Assembly (NCBI RefSeq): GCF_036321535.1 | Contig: NC_087437.1 | Location: 109,742,001-109,806,000, forward strand | From: Camelus dromedarius | Lineage: Eukaryota | DNA length: 64,000 nt | Direction of reading: 5' to 3' | Shown: positions 36,187 through 49,025 of the stretch, piece by piece | Numbering within the stretch: the stretch's first letter is position 1 | Layout of the letters: every line of letters starts with the position of its first letter | Notes under the pieces: model-generated | The model's input: only the letters and a program-made list of their open reading frames with translations | Database searches by the model: none | What the model was told of the DNA's origin: nothing | Made by a program: the position numbers and the translations under genes

Positions 36187-37507
36187 AAGAAGGTAGCCAG
36201 AGGTGTGTCAAGAAATACTACATTCAGTGTTAGTATTTCTCATATTATTATTGCCTTAGCAATGCTGTAATTATGTGTCAGAGATTCCATTGTGGATTGC
36301 TAATTACAGAGCTGAAACCTTCCTGTCTAAAAATCACTCTGATATAAAAGTATAAATATATGTGTTGAGCCACAACTGAAGACAACACCAAAATCTTGCC
36401 AGTTCTTTGGAGAGCAACTGAGAAACATTTTGGACTTTGGATGATCTATAATTGTCTTCTAATCTAAGCTACTTTTCTTGAATACGGTTAATAAATTCTG
36501 GTTCCAGTAAAGGCTTCTGGATAGAGAGAAATGTTTGGGCATTATTTTTAAGACTTCTACTAAAATCACTGATACTTTATAAAAAGAAGAGTCCTAATTA
36601 AAACATTCAGATTTCATAGTTTATTCCTAAGATCCAAAAAGCAAGAGCAAGGAGAAGTATTGCTTATAATTGAATTTGCTGGTAATTATTTATATTATCT
36701 GTCAAGTAATACTTTTCTCTTTGGTGAAATAATATTTAGAACATAAGCTTTCTAATGCCAATGACAGCTTGGAATATATCACATTTATCAAAGCCAACAA
36801 TGTATATTCCACTTTTATGGAACAATATGAAAGTAGCCCTTTGGATCAGCTGTGCAATTACTTAAATCCAGATAATAGAAAACTTATTTGAGATGGAAGC
36901 TTCAAAGTCATCAGGTTTAAGTTCCTAATTTGCTAGATGTAGAATGTGAAGTCTTCAGAGCACTGGGCTGGACTACCTGTGCAGGAACTGACCCGGAAAT
37001 AGAGACAGTGTCTAACATATGATGTTTACTTCCTCTTTCTAGTCTGACCCAAAAACAGGAGGGACAGGTGCTTTTCAAGAATTTTCACATAAATGGGACT
37101 AAACCTGAAATTTAATGCTATCCCCTCAATAGTTTTTTTTTTTTTTTTAATTTCTAAAGCAAGTAAAATTCAACTGAGACTGTTTTAAAATCCAAGAGTC
37201 AAGCTGTCATCCTTGACAGCCACATTCTTGCCATTACCCACACATGCGGTGGGGAGCAGGCGTAATTCGGGAAGCATGGACTTTTCCTCATTTTCTTTCA
37301 CATTCTACTACAAGGAATCCATTTCAAGGATGAAAACCACTCAAAAGCAAGTGCACCAAGCACACTCCAGGGGAGGCATCACAGTTTCCAAGTGGCCGTC
37401 TATTTCGGTCAACAAGAAGCCAGGATATAATGGGTGGTCCAATACTACCCAGATTTTAAAAATGTATTAATTCAATTAGAAAATATGAAAAGGGGTCTGT
37501 CACCTGT

Positions 37508-37552
37508 TTATCTATCTGTTTGTCTATCTGTCTATCTATCTATCTATCCATC
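37508..37552. repeat. Imperfect (TCTA/TCTG)n microsatellite
   Basis: tatctatctgtttgtctatctgtctatctatctatctatccatcc. Confidence 0.85.
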
Positions 37553-38389
37553 CTTGTTTTGCTTTCTGGGCACCATGCTTGACCAGATGAGGACTCCCTC
37601 TCTAAGGAATGTGAATCATTGAGGAAACAGATGACTTCTATATCATTCACAGTTTCCTAACACTAGCTCAGGATGAAGGGTTTTCTCGGCCCTTTGTTCT
37701 TGGTTATGGAGACACGAGTTTAACCATTCCCACCCTGAAGGGATTTGCCAACATCACTCTGATTTATTACTCCTATTTCCTCTTCCTCATTCTATCTCAT
37801 TTTTACTCCTATCTTTACTTTTCCTGGGAGTTTCCAGCTTCTTGTTCTTTTCCAGCTGTTTGATGTTTCACCAAGTAGAACCTCAGAGAAACACAAGGAA
37901 GAGCGTATGTTTACTCAGAACATGAAGGCACATCCTGACTATAAGAATAATCTGAGGACTATAAATAACACAGAGCTTTAGTGTTTTTGCCCCTGACAGT
38001 CAGAGTCAATTGTCAACACCATCTTTACTTTCCTCTCCTTGACCTTTAAGGGGAGATATTTTTGTTTTCCTCTCCAGTTTTCTGTGAATATTATCCCCTT
38101 CTACCTCCTCCCTTCACTGCAGCTTACACCCTCTTCCTCTCTCTGAGTTGTCCTTTAAAATACAAACATACTCAGCATACTCAGTTCTCTTCCATATTAA
38201 AATTCCATCTTGCCAGATTTATATTCTCCACTATGTATTCACATACATCTTCTGGTCCATCCTCACATTTTCTACTTGCCAGAAATGAGACAGAATTCTT
38301 GGACATCCTAACTGCTATCTACAAAAAGTACTTCCATAACCTTGCTTAATGGTCCTTTCTATAAAAGTCAAGGTAAACCACCATCTTCT

Positions 38390-38620
38390 AGCTGAAGTAG
38401 TAAACAGCACATGCTTTGGACAGAGGCTTGTTTTAGTCTTGGCTTGATGCCTTAGCCATCAGATTTGGGCATATTTTGAACCTCTCAAAATTCCCTATTT
38501 TACAAAATTAGGATAATAATGATATCAATCTCATAAGGCTTCCTTGAAGACCAAATTCACGGAATATGTGCAAAATACCTTGCTTTGAGCAAGCACACAG
38601 GAAAGGCTTGCTGCAATATT
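38390..38620 (+). mobile_element. MIR SINE
   Basis: ttgggcatattttgaacctctc ... attttacaaaattaggataataatgatatcaatctcataaggct, MIR core-like. Confidence 0.6.
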
Positions 38621-38819
38621 TGTCTTTTTGCCTTTGTTATATTGTCCTGTTTACTACTTCTCCTCAGCATTTTCTTCCAATAGATGCCCTGACCTATGTT
38701 TGCTTTGTCTGGTTGTTGCAGCTTCTATGTACATCTCAACACTCTCTCAGTGGCCATGGTTCTACTACATCATATGAGACTACAAACTCCTAATTTTTAT
38801 CTTCAGCCCAAGCCTCTCT

Positions 38820-39260
38820 CTGTTTATCACCCTGGGTTCCTTTGTTTCTCTCAGCCCCTCAGTCAATGGAGCTCTTCTTCACCCAAATGCCCCTTCTGGC
38901 CGCTGAGAGTGCTACCAGCAAAATGATCGCACTTGTCATGCACCTTCAGGTATTGCCTAAAGACAGTCATTTCACCCACATCAATCCCCATTCATGGGGC
39001 AGCCTGTATCCACTGATGACTGGTCAGTACAGGAGTGTGAAGGTCTAGCCTTCTGGTCCCAACTGGGGGCGAACTCTAAGGGGCCATCCCAGCTCCTGAG
39101 CTCATGTTCACTGAGCCCGTGCTACAACTTGACTTCTCCTCAGTTCCAATTCTCTTCCTTCCCATCTTTCCCTCCATGTTGATCCCAAGAGCACTCCAAA
39201 TAAACACAATGCACACTAATCTCCCCCTCCGAGTCTGCTTCCCAGGGAGCCCAAATATTG
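38820..39260 (+). mobile_element. LTR16-like ERVL solo LTR
   Basis: ggggcagcctgtatccactgatgactggtcag ... aactctaaggggccatcccagctcc ... aataaac ... ctccgagtctgcttcccagggagcccaa. Confidence 0.75.
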
Positions 39261-40492
39261 ATTAACATCTTATTATAATTTATTTAATATGTGCCCTGTT
39301 CTAACACTTCTATGCTATGTTCACCCTTCAATATTCCTACCTGAATCACTTCAATAATGTCCCACTTTGTCTCCCTGTCTCTAGTATTATTCTTGTCATT
39401 CCTACTCCACTAGGAACCATAAAGACTTTGCTGAATCAAATTCTGAACATGCCACCACCTTGCTTAAATGTTTTCAATTGTTCTCCATTTCCTCCAAAAT
39501 CCAAACCCCTTAGTGTTAATACAAAAGACTGATCCTTGGCTTGGCCCTCGCCCAATTTTAAAACTTAACTTTTGAACATGACAACTCCATCCCATGTCTT
39601 CACAGAGCTTAAATTTAGTGAGAGTAATAAATATTAAACAAGCAATTGCAGACACAAAATATGTAATTGAGATACAGTTGTGGATAAAAAATTTAGAGTA
39701 TAGAAAATATAAGGTACAAAGAGGGTATAAACAGATGAGACCTTAATTTTCTATTCTAGGAATGCATTTGGGGGTAATCCAAAAACCAACTAAATTAAGT
39801 TTAATACTACCAGCTAGTCAATCAAATTTATCCTATTATCTTGCATTATTACCTCAAATTTGAACTGTTTTAAAGGTACTTACATGCCAGTATTTAAATG
39901 GGCTTTTCTGTGAAACCTGTCAGAGAAATCCACTGCAAAGCAAATCTGTGTTAAATGAATGTGTTTTTGCTTCTGTACACAAAGTTAAATAAATGTAATA
40001 GAAACCCTTGAATTTATCTTCTTTCTCCCTTTTCCTTCTCTCCTTTCTTTTTTCAGTCCCATAGGGCTGCAGAAACAATTGAAGAACACTTGTTAAAAAA
40101 AAAGAAAGAAAGAAAGTAAACAAAACAAGAAGGCTTATGATTCACGAAAAGCGAACGAGGATTTTGGGACAGGGTAAAACAAGAATAGGAAACAGCAGAT
40201 AAAAATGACATGAAGTTTGTCCACAATATATGTGCCACATTTGCTAAGCTTTGGCCTTGCATTTGCGTCCAAGCTTTTCAGTGGCAATGCAGAGTGTCCA
40301 GGCACTAAAAACAAACACATTTCTTTAGAAGTTGCACAACTCTTCTTGCTTTTGACACCAGAAAGAAACCTCTTTCGCTGCAGAATACAGTGAACCACCT
40401 CCTTGCAGTAAATAGAGGGACAAAATTGCCCAGGTGTTTTTTTTTCTTTTACAGGAGTCTAAATACTGTGGCCCTGGTGTTCAGGTCTTAGA

Positions 40493-40710
40493 TCAGTGAT
40501 TTTCAGGCTGACTACATGTTCGAATCACCTGTGGGAGCTTTTAAAACAATAGCGGCAAGTACGGCCCCACCCCAGACCCATTAAACCAGAATCCTGGGAG
40601 GTGGGGCACTAGCGTCAGTATTTTTGTTTTTGTTGTTTTGTTATAGTTGCATCACCACTTTAAAAGCACCCTCGTGACACTAAAATACCGACTGGGATCA
40701 GAAGCACTGC
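40493..40710. mobile_element. MER5A-like DNA transposon
   Basis: cagtgatttttcaggctg ... gaatcacctg ... ggccccaccccagacc ... agaagcactg. Confidence 0.7.
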
Positions 40711-40726
40711 TTTAGAGTTTCTGTTC

Positions 40727-40900
40727 CAGTGGCTCTCAGGTTTGATTTTTAATTCAGATCTTATAAGGGAACTTCTTATTAATCAAATCAGGTCCCATAT
40801 CAAACCAATTAAATCAAAATAGCTCCAGATAGGATACAAACATCAGTATTTCTTGCGTCTTAGGTGATTTTAGTGCACAGCTACGACTAAGAGCCACTGA
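40727..40900. mobile_element. Second MER5-like DNA transposon
   Basis: cagtggctctca ... aaaccaattaaatca ... aggtgattttagtgcacagc ... agagccactg with inverted termini. Confidence 0.6.
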
Positions 40901-42544
40901 TCTATATGAATGGATGGATATTATATCCTTAAGGTAATTTTATATTAATATTCTTTCTTTCCGTAGAGCTTTTGAGACTTGAGAGTGAGTGTGAGGTTAC
41001 ACTCCTTGGCAAGAACCTAGAGTGTAAATATTTTATATTGCTGGTTAAACTGTGGCTTATGTGAGTAGGTGGTGAACAGCTTTGAAATAAAAATGATGAA
41101 TACACTGCTGAAATCTCTCTGCAATTAGGCAATGTTATTCCTTAAAAAGCAGGGTGAGGGCATAATATTTACCAATTATAATTAAAAACTCCTCAACTGG
41201 AGTATTAGCACAGGGCTTCTAACTGTGAATTATGTTCAAATATCTTTGAAAAACAAGTTAAAAACATTTACATTATATTACTGTATTACTTATGTTCAGG
41301 CATAAGGCAAGGGATAAATTTTTATGCTTATGGTTCTTACAAAACCTATAAAACCAAATAATTAACAAATTAGGTACAAACAAAATTGTACAGCTGATAA
41401 GCTTTAAATTATCATTACTTTGATTTGGTAGAGAATATTAGATTTTACAACTAAATTCTGGATGTTAGATTTACTAGCAGAAAGATGCACTTTCATAACG
41501 TGTCCTCCACTTGTCATTTTTCATTTGTTGGATTTTGAATGGGAGGCACCATTATTTGAAGCACTCATTTACCACTGTCACTTTTTTCATTTTAACAATA
41601 AAATTATTCTTAATTGGATTCAACATTCTGATGGGCCAAAATGTTTAAGAGCATGCCCCTAAGTAAAACAGTGGCAAATTAACATGGACTGTTCTTCAAT
41701 ACATATTTACATATATACTTACTAATGAGCGATGCGAAGATCAGATCTACTCATTACGTTTGATCCAAATGTGAGAAGATTTCAGCAAGTTCTTTCTTTC
41801 ATTTGATTTTGCCTGAGTGTCTCTGCACATTGTAAGGCTCAATATCCCACTAATTGGCTTTTTGTCTCTGAACTCTGCATATGCACAGTGTGCCATGACC
41901 ACATTTGACCTTTATTTTGAAAATTATTCCAGTGTGCAATGTCATTTTCATGAAGGCAAATCAATGTCTCTATTATGTGATTTGAAAAACTAAAGCCTAA
42001 TGGTGAATTTCTTTAAACTGAAAATTATCACTGCAAAAAATCAGATCTGTACAAATAGTAAAAATAATTTAACCAGTAACTAAATTGTGCAAACTGAATA
42101 TTCTTACTTTAAAATTTGGACAAGCCAACCTGAAAGAAGTCAGATGCACATCAAGCACATTACACGTTCAAGGTTTTCACTTTAGATCATCACTTGGGTC
42201 AATCATAAGGCAGTAGGTAATCGCAGTTGTCATCTAGATAACCTAACACAACCGAAAATTCTCGTTAAGCAGAAGTGTCTCCACACATTTTGGAGACTCT
42301 CAGGTTCCCATGGATATCAGTTTAAACAATATCGAGGTACCTTTCTAACCCTTGGTTTCCTCTTTGTATAAATGGGTTAAATGAAATATTAGCATAAATT
42401 GGCTAACATTACATAGAGTAAATAAGTTTTCCATATATTAACTTTATTACAAAAAATTGATCAAAGTGTATCCATCCAATAATTAATTTTATGACTTTTT
42501 GAGAAAACTTAACAGTCCATTTTGTTGGATTTTATATATATTTT

Positions 42545-43710
42545 ATTTTTTTAGAATAGTTTTTAAATTTAGAAAAAATTTAAGAAGCTAATACAGGGAG
42601 TTTACATGCTTCACAGCCTGAATGAAACAATAGTTTCATCTATTATTAACATTACTCATTGGTATGGGACATTTGTCACAATTAATAAACAAATACAGGC
42701 ACATTATTATTAACTAAAGTTCAGTTTATTCAGATTTTCTTAGTTTTTAGCTGGTGTTCTTTCTCTGTTCCAATATCCCATTCAGGATACCACATTACCT
42801 TTAGTTGTAATGATGCCTTAGACTCCTCTTGGCTATGACAGTTTCTCAGACTTCCCTTGTATTTGATGACTCTAAAAGTTGAGGCGTACTATACAGTTAT
42901 TTCGTAGGATGACCTTCTATTGGGATTTATCTGATATTTTTCTCATGATTAGATAGCAGTTGTGGGTTAAGGGGAAAAAGATCACAGAGGTAAAATGCAG
43001 TTTTCATCACATACTATCAAAAGTACGTACTATCAGCACTATTTATGACTTCATTTTTTTAATCCTTCCTTTTTAAATTGAAGTGTAGTTGATTTACAAG
43101 GTGAGTTTCAGGTGTACAGCAAAGTGATTTATCACTATTTATGACTTTGGAATGTTGACCTTATTCATCTGGCTGGGATGGGTTTGTCAGACTTCTCTGC
43201 TGTAAAGTTACGCCCACCTGTTCTCCACACTGCACTCTTTAGAAGGAAGTTACCATGTGTAGCCCACACTTAAGGAGTGGAGTATTTACACAAATTATTT
43301 GGAATTCTTCTCTGTGGGAGATGTGTCTTTCCTTTCCCAATAACTAATTTATTCAATGATTGATTGATTGATTAGTATGGATATTTATTTTGTACTTTGA
43401 GTTGTAATCCAAAACTATTTTGTTCTCAGAGTTTTTCCTGCTTTGGCCACTGGAAATTCTTTCATTTATTTCTTGTGCCCGTTTAACATAGGACTCTTAC
43501 TTTCTGGCATTACAAGGTGCTCCAGGCTTAGCGTGTATATTCCTGCCCCAGCCCTAGAATCAGCAATTTCTCCAAGGAACTCTGCTTTCTTTTGTTAGAG
43601 AGTGAAGAAACCAAGATCTGGGCTCTAGGGGTGCTTGTTGCTTCTACGGTGTCATATCTTTTAGGTCCTCTCAGCTAATACAGCAGAGAAATAATGCATG
43701 TATGCTAACC
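42545..43710 (-). mobile_element. Old L1MC-like 3' region
   Basis: tagaatagtttttaaatttag ... caggataccacattacctttagttg ... gccctagaatcagcaatttctccaagga ... gaaaccaagatctgggc. Confidence 0.75.
43052..43132 (-). mobile_element. Approximately 80-bp L1 3' stub with perfect 15-bp TSD
   Basis: T-rich tail then aattgaagtgtagttgatttacaa...tcaggtgtacagcaaagtgatt; TSD cactatttatgactt at 43037-43051 and 43133-43147. Confidence 0.85.
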
Positions 43711-43712
43711 TA

Positions 43713-43750
<38 letters not shown>
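43711..43750. repeat. (GC)n(CA)n compound microsatellite
   Basis: tatgcgcgcgcgcacacacacacacacacacacacacaca. Confidence 0.95.
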
Positions 43751-44441
43751 GCTCTTGGCCCCTTGTAACTATTTATTTATTGACTGTGTGAGCTCAGTGA
43801 GAATAGATGCCTTTTGTTTTATTATTTGCTGTCTTTCTAGCAAAAAGCAGACACCTGGCATGTAAGTTAGTGCAAAATAACTATGTATTAAATTAAAAAG
43901 TGACTGAAAAGCTTTATCATTTCAATTAATTATATACTACAAATATCTTTCCATTTCTTTAAATATTTTTCTAAGAGATCATTTTTAGAGTTGAATATCA
44001 ATCTATTATTTGACTCTGTATTACTTTGAGGATTAATGGTAAAATATATAAAGAACCAGATACAATGCTAAATATATAGTAGAAACTCAAGAAAAAATAA
44101 ATTAAAATAAATTAATAAAATAATTAAAATAAATGAAAATTTTTATTTAATCAATCTCTAGCTTGTTTTCAATTTTTTAATATTTTTAAATTTTCTTTGA
44201 GCCCTTTTGACTATTTTCTTAACTTGTAATTATCAAATCAAATAATACAAATACTGTACAGACTTTTAGTTTATATTTTAAATTACTTTCCACCAGCAGT
44301 ACTTGAAAGTACCTATTACCCTGTTTCTTTACCATCACTGGGTTATCATAACAAAAAGTTCCACTTAGCAGGTATAGTAGAGCATCTTAAGATAATTAGA
44401 ATTCACATCTCTCTGATTACTGGTGAGACTAAACTGCTATA

Positions 44442-44654
44442 TAGTTGACCCTTGAACAACACAAGTTTGAACTGCATGAGTCCACTTACAGGTGAATTGT
44501 TTTTCATTAGTAACTATTACTGTACTGCATGATTTTCTATAGTTGAATCCACGGCTGCAGAACCATAGATGCAGAGGTCCAATTATAAATTATATGCAGA
44601 TTTTCAACTATGTGGAGGGTTGGTTCCCCTTGCTCTCAGTTCAAGGGTCAACTG
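44442..44654 (+). mobile_element. Tigger2-family MITE (MER8-like), Tc1/mariner class
   Basis: TIRs agttgacccttgaac ... gttcaagggtcaact, with TA on both flanks. Confidence 0.85.
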
Positions 44655-45151
44655 TATTTCATGCCTCTAACATTTTTTAAAAATCTTACTAAATATGCTT
44701 TTTTTTTTGCTTTTGGTGTGTATGCTTTAAAAACCATTTATAGTAACTTCATATATTAGAAATAACATTATTAGACTCCCATCATTGTTGTACATAGCTT
44801 TGTTTGTTGCCTGCCTTTTAATTTTACTTATTCTTTGCTTTGACAAACATACTTCATACAATACTGATAAATCTCAGTCAAATCAGTTACTATTTTCCAT
44901 TGTGCTTTTATGGAATTCCTCAGTACACTCTTCCATAGAGTATTCTAGTTCTCAAGATTTTTATTTTTACTAGAAAATTTTAATTTTTGATGGTTAAACT
45001 AATGTATGACCTGAGATGAGAAATTCACTCTAAATTTTTTTTCACATTTTTAGCCACAACAGTTACATCTACATCTTTTATCAAATAAGCTATTGCTTTT
45101 CTCTCTCTCTCTTTCTCTCTCTTTTTGTAACATGCTGCCTTTATCACAGAC

Positions 45152-45625
45152 TGTAATAAGCAGAATAGTGGTCTCCCAAAGACGTCCACATCCTACTACT
45201 TGGAACTGTACTATGTTTGGTTCCATGGAAAAGAAGAATTAAGCTTGTGGATGTACTCTGATAATTAAAAATAACTTTAAGATAGGGAGATGATCTTGGA
45301 CCACATGACTAGGTCCAAAGTAATCAAGAGGGTCCTCAAATGTGGGGGGATGGAAAAGAAGAACCAGAGAGAAGGCAGCTTGTGGAGAACAGCCAGACAT
45401 TGGTTTTCAAGATGGAGAGTGGAGCTCACAAGGTAAGAAATGCAGCCAGCCTCTCGAAGCTGGAAAAAGCAGAGATAGATTTTCCCCAGAGCCTCTGGAA
45501 AGAACCCAGCCCTGCCCACACCTGATTTTGGACCTCTGACCTCCATGACCGTAAGACAATAGATTCGTGATGTTTAAAATCTCTACTGTGGTCATCTGTT
45601 ACAACAGCAATAGGGAATAAACACA
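45152..45625 (+). mobile_element. MaLR LTR (MLT1C/D-like)
   Basis: tgtaataagcagaatagtggtctcccaaagacgtccacatcc ... gattttccccagagcctc ... ttacaacagcaatagg. Confidence 0.85.
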
Positions 45626-45699
45626 CATGTATGTTATTGTCCTATGTGCGAAGCACCGAGCACCTTGGATCTCTACACTTCTTCGTCAGCACAGACCCT

Positions 45700-46570
45700 C
45701 TTAGTGACCTTATCCAAACTGTGGTTTGAAAATCATCTCCAAATCTGTGTCTCCAGTGGCTACCACTCCCTTGGGCTCTGGACTCATCTGTCTAACAGCC
45801 TGTTGAACATTTTTCCACATGTGGGTCTAATAGACATCTTAAACATAATTTGTTCATAGCCAAACTCTTGATTAATCAAACTTTCCTAAACTAGTCCTTC
45901 CTTGTCTCAGTAAATGCACCCTCTATATGCCCAGCTCTGACCAAAACAGCTGAAGGTGTCCTTAACTCATCTCTTTGCCTCACATCCAACATGCAATTCA
46001 TCAGCAATTCTTAAGGCTCTCACCTCCTCCACCACAGATGTCGTGGTCCAGTCAGCCAAACCACTGAAACTGTTTTCTGATTAGTCATATTGCTGTCGTT
46101 TTGTCTGTCACTGCTTGTTTGTCGCAGATGCTGTGTCCTCCTTCTCGTGGCTTTCTATCACACTTAGAATAAAAGGCGACATCTCTGTAATAGCTGGCAC
46201 CCAGTAAGTTCTTTGACTTCATCTCCCACTGGTCTGGCCCAAAGCCCCCAGTACACCACCTCTATATGTGTATGGGGCTCCCTGTCTGCTTTTTAAATCT
46301 CTGCTTTAAAGTTACAAATTAAAAGACTCCTCTGACCAGAGACCACCCTATCTAAATTGGAAATACTCTGTTACTTTATTCTCATTTACATATTTTTAAT
46401 CACTTATCACTATCAAACATTATACAATGAACCTGTGAGCTTATTTTTAATTGTTTTCTGCCTATTCTAAGTAAAATCTAGAACAAGAACATATTCTGTT
46501 TTATGTACTCATATATCCCCAATACTTACACCAGTGCCAGGAACATAGTATGGGTTCAGCAAATATTTTT
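45700..46570 (+). mobile_element. L2 fragment
   Basis: gacatcttaaacataat ... aaactcttgat ... cagtgccaggaacatagtatgggttcagcaaatattt (L2 3' end). Confidence 0.65.
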
Positions 46571-47364
46571 TTAACTTATTAAAAGCATATTTGGATTGTT
46601 TCTGGATTTCCTATTTTGTTTCATGGATCTATCTATACAGTTTAATTTGCTGCAGATCTATTTATATTCTTCTTCTTTTTTTGTAATTGGGCTGCATTTC
46701 TTTTTAGCCTTTTTCACATTAATAACATAACATTTTAGTTATTGAAATTTTATTTAAAAAGCTTTAAAAAAATCTCGTGTTTTCTACTTTTTAACTGCTT
46801 TTGGCTTTTTTCCCAATGAACTTTAAAATAGGTATGTTAAATTAACAACAGTGAAAGCCATATTGAATTCTAAAAGGGTTATATAAATGGTATTATTAAA
46901 CAGGAAATGATCCATAGTTTCACAGTATTAAAGCTTCATATCAGTTTCCTAATTTATATCCCATAGTAATTATTGGGTATAGCTTAAATTTAAGGTGTTT
47001 TATTTTGTTAATTTTAGTCTTTTTTTAATATTTTGTTGCTTTTATGATTTGGATCTTTTACCCCTAATAATTTTAAACTATAAAATAAAAAAATTATTAA
47101 TTTTTGTGCACTTATTTTGTTACCAGCCAAGTTCTTGAACTATCTGCTTATTTCTAATGGTTATTTACATTTTACAGATGAGGAAATGGTGCAACTAGAG
47201 ACAATTAAGAATGTTCAGAGTCTGAATTCAAGTTCTGATGTGTCTCAGTTCAAATTCTGTGCTTCAGAGTTCTCTCTCCCATTAGCCTGTACGCTTCTGC
47301 CCTTCAGAAACTATGTCGTTTCATAATTGGTCCACCCCTACCCCATAAAATCTATCACACTAAA

Positions 47365-47525
47365 ACAATGGTTCTCAGTCGGAGATAATTGTTTTCGTCA
47401 TGAGACATTTGGCAATATCTGGAGATATTTTTGATCAAACTGGGAAGATTCTGCTGATTTCTACTGAGTAGAGGCTAGGAACTTCCTGCATTGCACGGGG
47501 CAGGCCCCCACCACAGAGAATCATG
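47365..47525 (+). mobile_element. MER20-like hAT transposon
   Basis: caatggttctca ... gacatttggcaatatctggagatattttt ... gagtagaggctagga ... ccccaccacagagaatcat. Confidence 0.75.
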
Positions 47526-48227
47526 GGTAATACTTAACTAAGCACTCCGATACATCACACAGATATGAACTATTATTACCTATTAGTTCATGTGTTATTT
47601 ACCTTTATTAGGGTGTAAAATTACCCTGTGAGTAGGCATTATCTTCAGTTCCATCTTTCAGAAGGGAATACTCAGCATGACAAACTAAGGTGCAGTGTCA
47701 TTCAGCGAATAGGTAAAGCCAAGACCCAGCCTCAGGCTGTGTGGGCTCAGAGTCACATCTGAGTACTATATGCTGGTTTAACTTGGTTGCATTTAGGTGA
47801 ATTCGAGTTAAGGGTTTCTTTTGCCTTAAAAACATATAAATTTATCTTGCAAAAACAAATTAAAAATCAATAACAATCAGCAATTAATTATTAATTTAAT
47901 TGCCTAGAGATGGAAAATTGTCAGTTTCTTCCGCAGTTAATTTGAGAGTTAATATTTCACTGTGAAAGATGAGAATATAAAACCAAGGCTTTCTACCATC
48001 TGAGTTCAGTGCTTGCTCCTGAACTTTTTTATGGAGATCGTAAAAGCTGATGGTTGGGACACTTGAAACTTTATGTAATACTACCCAACTATATAATAAG
48101 GTAATGAGTATTTTGTATTGTTCAGTGGTTAAGAAAAAAGAGCAGACACACCTTCCTCTAGCCGAGAAAATCTACAGGAGGACATGATTCATCAAGACCC
48201 TTTATAATGTCACAGGATAGAGAAATT

Positions 48228-49025
48228 TTATTTATTTTATTTTTTCTTAACATTTTTTATTGAGTTATAGTTATTTTACAATGTTGTGTCAAATTCCAGT
48301 GTAGAGCACAATTTTTCAGTTATACGTGAACATACATATATTTGTTGTCACATTATTTTTCACTGTGAGCCTCCACAAGATCTTGTACATATATCCCTGT
48401 GCTATACAGTATAATCTTGTTTATCTATTTTGCATATGCCTGTCAGTATCTACAAATTTTGAAATCCCAGTCTGTCCCTTCCCACTCCCCACCCCACTGG
48501 CAACCACAAGTTTGTATTCTATGTCTGTGAGTCTATTTCTGTTTTGTATTAATTTTTTTTTTTTTTTAGATTCCACATATAAGTGATCTCATATGGTATT
48601 TTTCTTTCTCTTTCTGGCTTACTTCACTTAGAATGACATTCTCCAGGGATATCCATGTTGCTGCAAATGGCGTTATGTTGTCATTTTTTATGGCTGAATA
48701 GTATTCCATTGTATAAATATATCACCTCTTCTTTATCCGGTCATCTATTGATGGACATTTAGGCTGTTCCCATGTCTTGGCTATTGTAAATAGTGCTTCT
48801 ATGAACATTGGGGTTCAGGTGTCATTTTGAAATAGGGTTCCTTCCAGATGTATGCCCAGGAGTGGGATTCCTGGGTCATATGGAAAGTCTATTCCTAGTC
48901 TTTTGAGGAATCTCCACACTGTTTTCTGGCTGCACCAAACTGCATTCCCACCAGCAGTGTAGGAGGGTTCCATTTTCTCCACAGCCTCTCCAGCATTTGT
49001 CATTTGTGAACTTTTGAATGATGGT
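48228..49025 (-). mobile_element. Young 5'-truncated L1 (ORF2 C-terminus and 3' UTR)
   Basis: ORF track 48815-49003 gives [23 protein letters not shown] (L1 ORF2 C-terminus); T-rich tail; TSD-like aggataga at 48214 and 49029. Confidence 0.9.

Noticed and set aside
36486..36499. HNF1-like GGTTAATAAATT upstream of CLDN17
   Set aside because: Only one half-site matches GTTAATNATTAAC.
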